Part shown: positions 13,883 to 25,596 of the stretch, piece by piece
How the letters are laid out: the number at the start of each line of letters is the position of its first letter
Numbering within the stretch: the stretch's first letter is position 1
From: Octopus sinensis
Taxonomy: Eukaryota
Length of the DNA stretch: 64,000 bases
Assembly (NCBI RefSeq): GCF_006345805.1
Contig: NC_043009.1
Span: forward strand, 6,138,001 to 6,202,000
Direction: 5' to 3'
Program-made: the position numbers and the translations under genes
Notes under the pieces: generated by a model
Told to the model about the DNA's origin: nothing
Seen by the model: the letters and a program-made list of their open reading frames with translations, nothing else
Database searches by the model: none

Positions 13883-14780
13883 ATACGTTAAAAACAAGCG
13901 ATACTGAGAAATGTCTTACTAAAATTTGTAAAGTCATAAAAGGAAATATTACACATGTTATTGAATTTCGCTTTGATTCTATAGCGTCGAAGTAAAGGCA
14001 ACAATAACGAAAACAGGAAACAATAGATCAAAGAAAAAAAAACATAAAACACAAGAGATGAAATTGTCGAGATTTATTCCACCCGTGTGAAAATAATAAA
14101 CCACATTTGAAACAACAGTAGCAAATATACCGATATGTAAGTTCGCTTTAAAAATATTTTCTATCATATTAAACAAAATGACTGTCGTAGTCCGAAACAA
14201 ATGTAGGTTTTATAAACAAGAGCTATAAAAAGAATAAATGTAAATGTATATGAGACTACAGCGAGATTTATTAAATCGGTGCAGAGCTTCAGGTCCAAGA
14301 GGCTGTATCTATTGTACTACATAAATTACTATTAAATAGATAACGATAATGAGTATAAGAACCAAACACTCTATAGTTAAAGTTGCTTCAATAATACTGG
14401 TTATTCAACAAATATCTACAGTAAGCGAAGAAAAAAAGATAAACCCCTGAAGGACATTGGCATAACGTCTGGTCCGTAATAACAATGGCTATATTAGTTT
14501 ATATTTTACAAAGCTAGTGAAATATTCCTATATTACAGGAACAATGAAAAAACATGTCGTACAATTTGATTCATAACTAGTTTTCTGTTAAGTGTTTCAT
14601 ACACGTAGCTATTCTGTCGTATGTGAGAATTTAACATTATATATCTGGCACCAGTATAGTCAGAATATCATATATTCATGTGTGCGTGTTTCTGTGTTTC
14701 TGTGTGTATACGTGTATGTTAGAACGTGTGCTTGTGAGCTTGTATGCGCGAGTGTATTTATGTGTATATGTGCCATTCTG

Positions 14781-14819
<39 letters not shown>

Positions 14820-15165
14820 ATATGGAGCGGTTCCTGCTATTTCCAGCTGTCAGGTATCAAACATTGACAAGAGTAAAGAAGGGCGAAATCACGTGATCTG
14901 GTAGTCTTGGTAGCGGAAGTGGCAGTGATCTTCTGCCGCTAGCGATGTAAACAAGAAAACGCTTATACGTACCACAAAACCATATTAGAGATTTTTCTCT
15001 TGCTGAATATCGCAGTATCGAGTGTTCTAACGCAATCGCCATTTTTAAATATATGGCGATAAATATAACAGTACAAATATATGATGATAAATATGTGGTA
15101 CAAAAGTGAACAAAAAAAAGCGGGCACAGTTTAAGGCAAAAACAAAAAAAAATGCAGAGTATAAT

Positions 15166-15546
15166 TTTTTTTTTGGAAGCACTCCGTCGGTTACGACGAT
15201 GAGGGTTCCGGTTCATCCGATCAACGGAACAGCCTGCTCGTGAAATTAATGTGTAAGTGGCTGAGCACTCCACAGACACGTGTACCCTTAACGTAGTTCT
15301 CGGGGATATTCAGCGTGACACGGACGGCCCTTTGAAATACAGGTACAACAGAAACAAGAAGTAAGAGTGAGAGAAAGTTGTGGTAAAAGAGTACAGCAGG
15401 GATCACCACCATCCCCTGCCGGAGACTCGTGGAACTTTAGATGTTTTCGCTCAATAAACACTCACAACGCCCGGTCTGGGAATCGAAACCGCGATCCTAC
15501 GACCGCGAGTCCGCTGCCCTAACCACTGGGCCATTGCGCCTCCACA
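15166..15546 (-). mobile_element. tRNA-derived SINE family B, full length, with target-site duplication
   Basis: Minus strand: TGTGGAGGCGCAATGGCCCAGTGG (A box), GGTTTCGATTCC (B box), ends GGAGTGCTTCC + poly(A). Direct repeat (CA)GAGTATAAT at 15155-15165 and 15545-15555. Confidence 0.95.
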
Positions 15547-16085
15547 GAGTATAATACTGCTGTATGAGATTTACGCGAAAGAAATATATAAGACAATGTG
15601 GCTTACGTAACCAACATATACTATTCTACAGAAAGAACAGACTAGAGAAAAACATGGAGTGAGTAAATCACACGGTCAACACCTGTATGTTTATATATAT
15701 GAGTATACACATTACTATTAATATGCATTATTCTTTTGCTGTATCATTCCGGACCAGACTATTACTCCTTTCATAGTTACTGTTACTATAATTGTTTAAA
15801 TTGGAGAAGAAAAAAAAGAGGAAAACATAGTATCAAATAATATCATACATAAAATACATGCGAAATTAAATGTCTTAACGTTCATACATATAACTAGATA
15901 TCTAAATTTGACGTATTGCATTATATTTACTGTCGAAAATTGAGGTATTTGGTACAACACACATATATATATATATGTGTGTGAGTGTATGTGTGTGTGT
16001 GTGTGTGTGGTGTGTGTGTGTGTGTGTGTGAGTGTGTGTGTGTATATGTATGTATGTATGCATGTATATATATTATATATAATAT

Positions 16086-16117
<32 letters not shown>

Positions 16118-16494
16118 CTTTATTTAAAGCAGCAGAAAATTCTACGAAAAAATTCTACAAAAATTTTCTGCTGCTTTAAATAACGCATATTACTCTACCA
16201 CTAGTATTTGAGTACTCTTTTTTCCACCTTGTTTCACATTTATGTGTTTACGGTATATATATATATATATATCATGCACTACATTGGATATAATTATCGC
16301 AAGATAACGTGATATGTATTAAATGATAACTAACAGATGCAAAAAGAAACGTTTAAATACATCTGATCCTATCACTAAATCGAGAAGGGTAGCGAACCTA
16401 TACGGGGTATTAAGATTTTAAATCGCTTTGGTGAGATGAGATGTCTATATCTGTAATGTGAAATTCTTCAATTTAGTTTAGAAGTATATATACA

Positions 16495-16552
16495 CGCATA
16501 CTTACATACATACATACACACATACACATGTGTATATAAATATATACATACA

Positions 16553-16584
<32 letters not shown>

Positions 16585-16763
16585 GATATATATATATATA
16601 TATATATATATGTATAGAAAGAGAGAGAGAGAGAGAGACAGGCAGACAGACAGACAGAAAGAGAAAGAAAGAAAGGGAGAGAGAGAAGTAGATAGATTGG
16701 GATAGATAAAGATAGATTTACATAATTCTATATAAATATATGTATGAAAATATATGAGTGCGG

Positions 16764-16799
<36 letters not shown>

Positions 16800-17056
16800 A
16801 TGTGTGTGTGCGTATGTGAGTAACTACATTAATATGTGCATGTGTATTGTGCATGTGGTTGTATATAAATACATGCATGTGTGTAAAGGAAGATGGATAG
16901 ATAAATATAACGGATAGAAAGATACATACACACACACACACACACACACACAATATATATATATATATATATATATAACATGTATATATACATATGTATA
17001 TATATATATATACCTACATATATATAGATGTATGTGTACATATATGCATATATATA

Positions 17057-17094
<38 letters not shown>

Positions 17095-17164
17095 TATATA
17101 TATATATATTATATATATATAGATAGATGTATGTGTACATAGATATATATGTATATACATATAC

Positions 17165-17214
<50 letters not shown>

Positions 17215-17250
17215 CGAGAGAGAGAGAGAGGGAGAGAAAGAGAGAGAAAG
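16495..17250. repeat. Compound (AT)/(GA)/(GACA)/(GT)/(AC) microsatellite
   Basis: Read directly from the sequence. Confidence 0.9.
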
Positions 17251-17825
17251 AGAATTACATCAAATTCCTTACTTAAATGATTATATATATATATGTTTCT
17301 CTAAATGTATGCATTTACAGTTATACTTAATAATTAAGTCCTGGATATATATATATATAACTCTACGAACACATGATTAAAAGTCAACACTCTATATATT
17401 CGGATATAAAATTAATTAGACATGAATAGATATATAGATATAGATAAGCTGATTTTACATAACATTTAGCTCGATTTAACATACTCTGAACCCTTTCATG
17501 TTTATCGAAATCGAAAATTTGACTTCGTAAATTCTGTCATTAGTATTTGCAGCAAAATCTCCTAAAAGCCAATCGGCTAATATAACTCTTTCACTATCTC
17601 TTCAATCTCCATTACACTTGCGTACATTTTTATCTCTCCCGAAATCTATCTAGATTTCTATGTACCTTAGTGTTTGTCACTATCCTCCTTACCAAACAAA
17701 TTCACTATCTGTAATGCAATCAGAGAGTTGATAAAAATACTTTACAGCTAAAATAATTCGGTTTTTAATGGTGGTTTTATATTCTAATGTAAAATATTGA
17801 TTCACTGAATATTTACATATAATTA

Positions 17826-17875
17826 TATATGTACATTTGTCTCTCTCTTCATCTCACTCCCTCTCTCTATCTTTC

Positions 17876-17917
<42 letters not shown>

Positions 17918-18420
17918 ATTATATAATATATATATATATGTAAATATATACGCATATAAATATATAAGCATTTATACGTTTATAAATGTGTGTGAGTGTG
18001 ATTGTGTGAGTGAATATGCATACGTATATATATATATACATTTATATGTATATATACATACATATATATGTATATACATAATATATATAATATTATATAT
18101 ATATATATATATATAGATAGATGTATGTGTACATATATGCATATATATATATATTATATATATATATATATTATATATATATATAAGGCGAGGTATGTAT
18201 GTGTAAAGGGAAATAGAGAGAGGAAGTGTGGTGAGGAAGAGCAAGGAGGAAGTGCCGGATGATCTGCGCAAAGATCTTTGCGTATGAGTGGGCGCAAGTA
18301 AAGACACAGAATGAGAGACGTGGGCAGAGGGAGAAAGTGTATGCATGTGCGTGTGTGTTTGTGTGTTTATGTGCGTGTGTGTGTGTGTGCGCGCGCGGGA
18401 GAGAGACGGAGAGAAATAAC
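17826..18420. repeat. Compound (CT)/(AT)/(GT)/(GA) low-complexity tract
   Basis: Read directly from the sequence. Confidence 0.85.
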
Positions 18421-18839
18421 GATAAGTGAGAAGAGAATATATTATGGTTCTCCATAAAATTGACACCGAAGGATATCCGTTTATAATTTTGTATACTTTT
18501 CTCTTTCATGATCTGATTCAGTTATTTAATATAATATTTGTTTACTAAATTTGTCTTTCATCGTGGATTACATTTTATGCACATTGATTTATTTAATACT
18601 ACGCCCGTTTTTGGCAAACTAGATATTTTCGAAACAGTTTAGTATATAACTACGTATCTAGTACTATAAGCGAATGTATGTGTATGTGTGTGTATTTGTG
18701 TGTGTCCATGTGTGACTGTACATGTGTATGCCTGTGTAGATAAATGGATAGACGGGCGGATGTAGGGAGGGGGGATACATGTGGTTAAATTTTTGTTTTA
18801 TATTTTTATGTGTACGAATGCAGAATGAAACTTAATTTA

Positions 18840-18943
18840 CTACATACACACACATACATACACACACACACATATATATATATATTTATAAATATATATA
18901 CATACATACATAGACAGACAGACATATAGACAGAGAGACAGAC

Positions 18944-18981
<38 letters not shown>

Positions 18982-18982
18982 T

Positions 18983-19044
<62 letters not shown>

Positions 19045-19045
19045 A

Positions 19046-19142
<97 letters not shown>

Positions 19143-19160
19143 CATATACATACATATGTA
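18840..19160. repeat. (GATA)n microsatellite with AC/AT flanks
   Basis: Read directly from the sequence; pure core about 18945-19142. Confidence 0.95.
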
Positions 19161-19352
19161 CATAATGAATAACTTTATTTTCGAACATACAATACTCATG
19201 CTTGATCAATTCTATGAACATTTTTTGTATTCCTTTACAAGTGATTTTTGCACATTCTGAAAATCTCAAAAACATACACACGAAGAGCTCCCGCAGAATT
19301 TCAGCCTACTAAAATCACTCACAAAGTATTTATCGATGCGAGTTTATATTAG

Positions 19353-19526
19353 AAATATTTGATCCATTTACGGCGAAGTAGAAATGAACTCAAAACAGGA
19401 TTACGAAGCATACGCTTGGATCTTAAGCGCAATACCGACCCTTCTAATGGCGGATTACATAATTTGAGAAATGTTTTAGATATAATGAAGAAAAACGGGC
19501 ACACCCTGTGCTCACTCATGAATAAA
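19353..19526 (+). CDS. Candidate phase 0-0 coding exon of unknown product
   Basis: TTTATATTAG|AAATAT...AATAAA|GTAAAT; 58 open codons (KYLIHLRRSRNELKTG...LCSLMNK) in non-repetitive sequence. No homology recognised. Confidence 0.25.
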
Positions 19527-19629
19527 GTAAATTTGGATTTACTAAATATATTCTCAAAAGAATTCATATTTCAACGAAATGACATCAAGAGTTATTTCCC
19601 CTGCTTATCGTTTATGCATACGTAACAAA

Positions 19630-19840
19630 TAAAAAATGCATTTTCATTCACCCGTCCGCCAGTTTTGAATAAAATTAAACCACAATATTGAGCTTGAGCC
19701 ACGCACCCAAAAAGTATTTCTGCCAAACTTGGTGAAAATTTGTTCAACAGTTTTCCAGGATTTTTGCAAACACACAGACAAAGAGATATACACGAGCTAC
19801 TACAATACTCTGCTTTCACTTACGTGCGCAAGGTAATAAA
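19630..19840 (+). mobile_element. Possible non-autonomous Helitron/Helentron-like remnant
   Basis: CCAAACTTGGTGAAAAT...ACACACAGACAAA...GGTAATAAAA resembles subterminal motifs of invertebrate rolling-circle non-autonomous elements (cf. AAGTTTCATCAAAATC near 55698). Confidence 0.3.
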
Positions 19841-20114
19841 ATGAAATACTAATAATTATTGTCCAGTTCCATATGAAAATACAACAATATAATGAATTCT
19901 AGAGAATGCCTTGGAAACTTGGAAACTTTTATTTGTTGATGAAATTCAAAAACATAGAATTAGAAATAGCGTGTCCTATACTAAAGGGGAAAATATTTGA
20001 AAAGAAACAACTTTCGCTATTAATATTAGTTAAAATATGTCTGGGTGCAGGAGGTCATTGTTTCGAAGCAAATGCCAGACAGTCACATGTTTCCAGCACG
20101 TTATATATATATAC

Positions 20115-20220
20115 CTGCTCGCTTAGCCAGCGGAGTGGCGTAATTTGAAGGCTAAAACAGTGCGAACGCATTGTGACCAGCGATGTGTAAAACATCTGAT
20201 GGTCTGGTCGGTGAGGTGAT

Positions 20221-20228
<8 letters not shown>
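20115..20228 (+). mobile_element. Probable SINE 3' tail of another family
   Basis: CpG-rich block GGCTAAAACAGTGCG...GACCAGCGATGTGT...GATCACGTGAT running into (AT)n; partial related motif at 14887-14955. Confidence 0.45.
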
Positions 20229-20252
<24 letters not shown>

Positions 20253-20254
<2 letters not shown>

Positions 20255-20945
20255 CGCTGTCAGCCTTGGCATTGTCGTTCTTTTTCGACCAACCGCCATC
20301 TTGGCCGGTCACGTTCGTCTGTCCACCTAGTCGCCGGAGAAGATTTTTTGTTTCTTCTTTGCGCCAGCTACAACGTCCGTCTGACAGTCGAAAGACCCTT
20401 TCTGTTATTTATTTACGTTGTAAATAGACAATTATTTTCATTTTGTTGTATAGCCGAAAGGCGTTTGTCTATTATGTAATTCTTTTTCTGTTGAACTTGT
20501 AATATTATTTCATAATGTTACGTTCGTCTAATAGCTGAAAGACCCTTTCTGTTATTTATTTATTTGTAAATTTAGAATTATTTTCTTGTTGTATAGGCGG
20601 ACGGCGTTCGTCTGTTGTATGTGTATCATTCTAACTTTCTTGTTCTTGTTTTTGTTCTTGTATAACTTCGTTTTCTTTTCCCAGAAGTTTCATGTTTTTA
20701 GCTTAATGCTCTGGCACTTGCCGGATTCGAGTGGTCCAGGAAGGACAAAGTGTGAAACCGCTAGGACTTGCCGAACTCTGACTGATGAGGAAATCTCCTG
20801 CGAATTGTCTGAGTGCCTTGTTTCTTTTTCCAGTTTCCCGTTTGTTGTGTTATTGTCTGTTTCACCATGTGTTGTTTGTGTCGTGTTCTTTCTGTCCTAC
20901 CCTTCATTTATAAAAATTAGTAGGAGTCGCCATTATGAATAAACC
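20253..20945 (+). mobile_element. Unclassified T-rich interspersed element with internal 147-bp duplication
   Basis: Begins after (TA)n; duplicated unit starts at 20374 and 20521; GNRA hairpins; CTGATGA at 20782; ends near AATAAA. Confidence 0.5.
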
Positions 20946-21087
20946 ACTAGCCGATCGTCAAGAGAGAGTCGAGAGCCGACCATTTTAATCAGTGTCTTGT
21001 GGAGTTACCAGCAATAGTAAGACAGAGTTTAGTGTATTACTATACTCGTACGAGTGCTCAGATTGAATGTGCTCATACTTCACAGCC

Positions 21088-21207
21088 GACTGTTTACTCA
21101 CACACAAATACACACTACCAAACCCAGATGAAATATTTGCTAAACTAAAAGAAGGTAAAATTTTCTCGAAGTTAGACCTCTCTGAGGCGTACCTTCAAAT
21201 TCAGTTA
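21088..21207 (+). mobile_element. Ty3/Gypsy LTR-retrotransposon reverse transcriptase fragment
   Basis: DCLLTHKYTLPNPDEIFAKLKEGKIFSKLDLSEAYLQIQL matches the Gypsy RT motif YPLP-x2-EIF...FSKLDL-x2-AY-x-QI. Confidence 0.8.
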
Positions 21208-21264
21208 CAACTCACACCAGTTGGAGTAATCCACTTTATAACATATATATATGTTTACATATTC

Positions 21265-21535
21265 TGTTATTCGTCTATTCTTGTACCTGTTTCAGTCATT
21301 TGTCTCCGGCCATGCTGGAGCATCGTCTTCAAAGATTTTAGTCGCACAAATCGAACCCCAGGACTACACCAAGACTAAACCTACTACATATCCTGGAGGT
21401 CTCTTTTGTTGAACTGATAAATTACGGTGACGTAAACAGATCAACACTGATTATCAAGCGTTGATGAGCGGGGAGTGTTTATCAAACGGGGATACAAAGA
21501 AACCCACACACACATGTATATATATATATATATAT

Positions 21536-21569
<34 letters not shown>

Positions 21570-22290
21570 ATATATAATATATATATATACAGGCTTCTTT
21601 CTGTTACCTAATTCACTCACAAGGCTTGGTCGGCCCGAGGCTAGAGTAGAAGTTACTTGCCCCAGATGCCATGCAGCACGATTGACCCCGGAACTCATTT
21701 GCATACAGCCGATCAGAGCTAACCTTGACCTTGTTGTCGCTGTTGAGCTCTCAGATTATGCCTAGACGCAAAGCCCAACATGACATTTGTGAATGTGATA
21801 AAAACAACCAATCTCTTGGTAAAACACATTCTACCAAGTAAACTCAAGTCGACGAACGGTGTTGTAAGTCAACCGATCGCCAAGGAGAAAGTAATTAGAT
21901 AGATTTGCATCTATACCTATTATCGGATGTTTGTTAGGGCCACTTATGGTAAAGATGTTGATGGGGAAAACGCGGATAGAGGGTGATGTGCTAGTAACCT
22001 TCTCCTCTTAAAAACAACATAAATAACTACGCAGCGGCAGCCATGGTTGAAACAAGAGCAAGAACAACAAGTATTATTAAAAGAGTAAAGAAGCATGGTC
22101 ATTCCTTACCCAATTGGCATTATCTTATTGCTCATCACATGTTATGCGCTGATAAATTAGTTTGATAGTTGAGCCCCGGTTAGCTGTATGCAAATGAGTT
22201 CATAATTGGGAACCGGAACTCCGGCGGAAAACCAATTTCGCCCCCGGAACGACGTTTTTGAGAAGGAAGCTTGTTACCCAACAACCACTT
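21265..22290 (-). mobile_element. SINE family A, interrupted by an insertion at about 21695-22241
   Basis: Tail and body at 21265-21694; head remnant resumes at 22242-22290 (CCCCGGAAC...GGAAGCTTGTTACC...ACCACT). Confidence 0.65.
21691..22241. mobile_element. Non-autonomous inverted-repeat element (MITE-like) nested in a SINE
   Basis: Perfect 19-bp inverted repeat GAACTCATTTGCATACAGC (21691-21709) / GCTGTATGCAAATGAGTTC (22183-22201); CCCCGGAAC duplicated at 21686-21694 and 22242-22250. Confidence 0.55.
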
Positions 22291-22309
22291 TGTATATAAA
22301 TGTATATGT

Positions 22310-22545
22310 TTCTTTTATCTTCTGTTTTTTCAGTCATTACACTGGGGCATGCTGGAGCACCGCCTTCAGTACATTTTGGCAAGCGAATCGACTCCAGTAT
22401 TTATTATTTCTTTTTGGAATTCTTGGTACTAATTCTGCCGGTCAATTTTTCCGAAACGCTATGTTACGGGGACGTAAACTCACCAACGCTAATTGTCTAG
22501 CGGTGGTGGAGGGCAAAAGCATGGATGAAGACACAAACACATGAA
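22310..22545 (-). mobile_element. SINE family A, 3' half
   Basis: TTTCAGTCATT...CATGCTGGAGCACCGCC...GTTACGGGGACGTAAAC. Confidence 0.75.
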
Positions 22546-22567
22546 TGCATGCATACATATATACATA

Positions 22568-22633
22568 CGCACTAAAGGCGGTGCTCCAGCATGACCACAG
22601 TCAAATGACTGAAACAAGTAAAAGAGTAAAGAG
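22568..22633 (+). mobile_element. SINE family A, tail-only copy
   Basis: CTAAAGGCGGTGCTCCAGCATGACCACAGTCAAATGACTGAAACAAGTAAAAGAG. Confidence 0.8.
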
Positions 22634-22651
22634 TATATATACATATATATA

Positions 22652-22686
<35 letters not shown>

Positions 22687-22722
22687 ACATATAATGTATA
22701 TGTGTGTGCGTATGTAAGTATG

Positions 22723-22753
<31 letters not shown>

Positions 22754-23187
22754 TATATATACACTCATATACAGTATGTCGCTTATACCAATGGTGATGG
22801 ACATCTACGAGGCAATCTATTGATTCAAGGATCACATCAGATTTTTGCAGAATTCTTTCTGGCGACAGGTTTTATTTGCTGCATTCTTAATGCAGATTTT
22901 GTTGTGATAACAGCGGCCATACGTAAAACAAAAAAAACAAAGCAAAGCAAACTTACATTTATTTATTTGCATCATTGATTGTCATTTTTATTATTCCTGA
23001 AGAAATATTTAACGTATAGATTGAATAATGATCACCTTCATGCCGTTAGTATTATTTCAGTTCGTTCACGGTTTCAGTTTCCGTAACAATATTGGTGATA
23101 ATGATAGTGATGGTGGTGGCGGTGGTGGTGGTGACGTTGCTTGCATTGGCGATGATATTAGTTACGATGAGCGATATAATGGATACA

Positions 23188-23300
23188 TTCTTTTACTTGT
23201 TTCGGTCATTTGACTCTGGCCATGCTGGAGCACCACATTTAGTCGAACAAATCGACCCCAGGACTTATTCTTTGTAAGCCAAGTACTTATTATATCAGTC
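23188..23300 (-). mobile_element. SINE family A, 3' fragment
   Basis: TTTTACTTGTTTCGGTCATTTGAC...CATGCTGGAGCACC...CGACCCCAGGACTTATTCTTTGTAAGCC. Confidence 0.8.
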
Positions 23301-23391
23301 TACCAAGTACTTATTCTATATTGAAAATTGCTTATTAATATTGGTGTTGTGACGAAAGATTTTGTGTATGTTTGTTAGCATAATAATGGTA

Positions 23392-23648
23392 TCATCCTCA
23401 TCCTCATCATCATCATTTTCTTCTTCTTCTTCTTTTCTTCTTCTTCTTCTTCTTCTTTTTCTTCTTCTTCTTCTTCTCCTTTTCTTCTCCTCCTCCTCGT
23501 CCTCCTCCTCCTTCTTCTTCTTCTTCTTCTTCTTCTTCTTCTTTTCTTCTCCTCCTCCTCGTCCTCCTCCTCCTCCTTCTTCTTCTTCTTTTCTTCTTCT
23601 TCTTCTTCTTCTTCTTCTTCTTCTTCTCCTTCGTCGTCGTCGTCGTCA
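23392..23648. repeat. (TTC)n/(TCC)n polypyrimidine trinucleotide tract
   Basis: Read directly from the sequence. Confidence 0.95.
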
Positions 23649-24671
23649 TAGTAATATTTAAATGTTATTATTGAGATCTGGCAGAATCTTTAGCGCGTCG
23701 GACAAACTGCTTCTCTCCGAGGTCATCATTGTCTTTCATCCTTTTCGGGACAGATTTAATTAATTGACAATCAAATACTAGGTCGATGAAATACTCTATC
23801 CCGCAATTGATTTTTTGACACACTTGACAACTTATAGTGTACATGGTAGAATACGAACTCAGACACATTATTTTTTTAAATAAATGTACCAGCTTAAAAA
23901 GAAACAGAAATATCTTTGTAGGATTACACATTTAACAAGCATTGCCAATTAATACAAATATATCACTGTAATAAAGATTATTAGTGTCAAAAGAATTTAA
24001 CACCATCAATTTATATGAAATACCTAGACGCCATTTTTTTGCATGATTTCGACAAGTTTTTCTTTTTCTTTTATGGAAGAAAACGAATAAAGAAACACTT
24101 TTAACACTCAAGTAAATCCGAAATATAGCAACAACAAAACAAACGCATGAATAAAGATTTTAAAATTTGAAAATGATGGAAAAAAAAACAAGGATATAAT
24201 ACGTTAATTTAATACGTTTCTTAACGTCAATTCTCAATATTTATGGTATTATTATCTCTTTCTTTTTTCTTCACGTTTCAAAAAGTGTACTTTTGATTAT
24301 AATTGATAGCATGGGAATTGATTAGAAATTGTATGTGTTCGCTTGTTGGAAATATCATTAATTCTGCAAATGGGCGTATGTAATAAAGATTTCAGTGATA
24401 AAAAAAAATCGAATAAGCACCAATTATCGAATTTTATATTCTTAAACCGCGTTATTTGTGATAAAGTATCATATATCAAAAGTTTACTTATAAATATTTA
24501 TCAATTTACAGCAAAATTATTTTTTTGTTCCCGGTGTACATGACCTATAAGTTAGTAAGAAATATTAGATACTACAGCATTCACGCAGTTCTCATTATAG
24601 ATACCGACAGAAATACTTTAGTTGAATTTAATAGAAAATATATATTAAAAAAATTATCATAGTTTGGGCGC

Positions 24672-24847
24672 CCATTTGTATACATACGGACCTTACCCCG
24701 AAAATCAGTAATAGGTTACCATATTCATTTTTGATTCTATAGAATATTATTCTTGGGAACGAAGGTGTCCATTTGTATACATACGGAACTTACCCCGAAA
24801 ACCAGTAACCTTTTTTGATTCTATAGGAAATTTATTCTTGGGAACGA
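24672..24847. repeat. Diverged tandem duplication, period about 97 bp
   Basis: CCATTTGTATACATACGGA.CTTACCCCGAAAA...GATTCTATAG...TTCTTGGGAACGA at 24672 and 24769. Confidence 0.8.
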
Positions 24848-25139
24848 TATAAGTGTTTGAATAAATTTCAGTATACGTAATAATCTCCATTAGAAACGCA
24901 ATAAAATATTAACAAAAACTGTTTTCTATCAGGCTCAGTGATTTTGATTATTAACATCTCCATAACACATGGAACTAAGTTTCAAATCAATTATAGTTTA
25001 AACTCTGGGGCGAGGGCGGCAAGTATTTCACATTGATCTAACTAAGTGACTGTGTTCCACAGGAATTATATGAAACTTGCACATACAATAGTATATCATA
25101 TCTGTCATGAAGGTTCATATAAACTTGGCTCTAACAGTT

Positions 25140-25450
25140 ATGAAGGAATTATCTGCGCGGTTAAATCAAAATTTTTACGTCTTCTGGTTTTTGTAATTTA
25201 GTAGAAGAAACGCAGGGTTTGAAAAATTACATTTTTCGACATTCTCTCCTTGCTTTTCCTTCCACTTTTTTCAGCGGTCCATAACCTTGCTTAATCCATC
25301 GCGGAGAAGATTTTCGATTTGTCGCCCAGCTATTTTATGCGCCACTTTCTGTGCGTCTTCATCCGTTGTACAAATCCATGACGTCGCGAAAGATATTTGA
25401 TTTCGCTAAAGAGTTGATAGTCGGATGAGGTTTGTGTCTCTACGCAAGAT
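25140..25450 (-). mobile_element. mariner transposase C-terminal relic
   Basis: Minus strand AGRQIENLLRDGLSKVMDR*KKWKEKQGENVEK resembles the mariner end F-x-DGI-x-KL-x2-RW-x-K...G-x-YVEK. Confidence 0.5.
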
Positions 25451-25596
25451 ATTTCAGTAACTCGAAACCCGATTGTGTAATAGTGTCAACGGTGTAGTCA
25501 GCTCTATATGAGCTATGTGGCTAATCAAAAGTAAGTTTCGATGAAAGCACAGGTAATTTGTGACTTCCTCATTAGAAAACCATATGACAAAATTGT

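Noticed and set aside
23362-23661. Poly-S/L/F/P and poly-K/R/E ORFs
   Set aside because: They are readings of the (TTC)n/(TCC)n tract.
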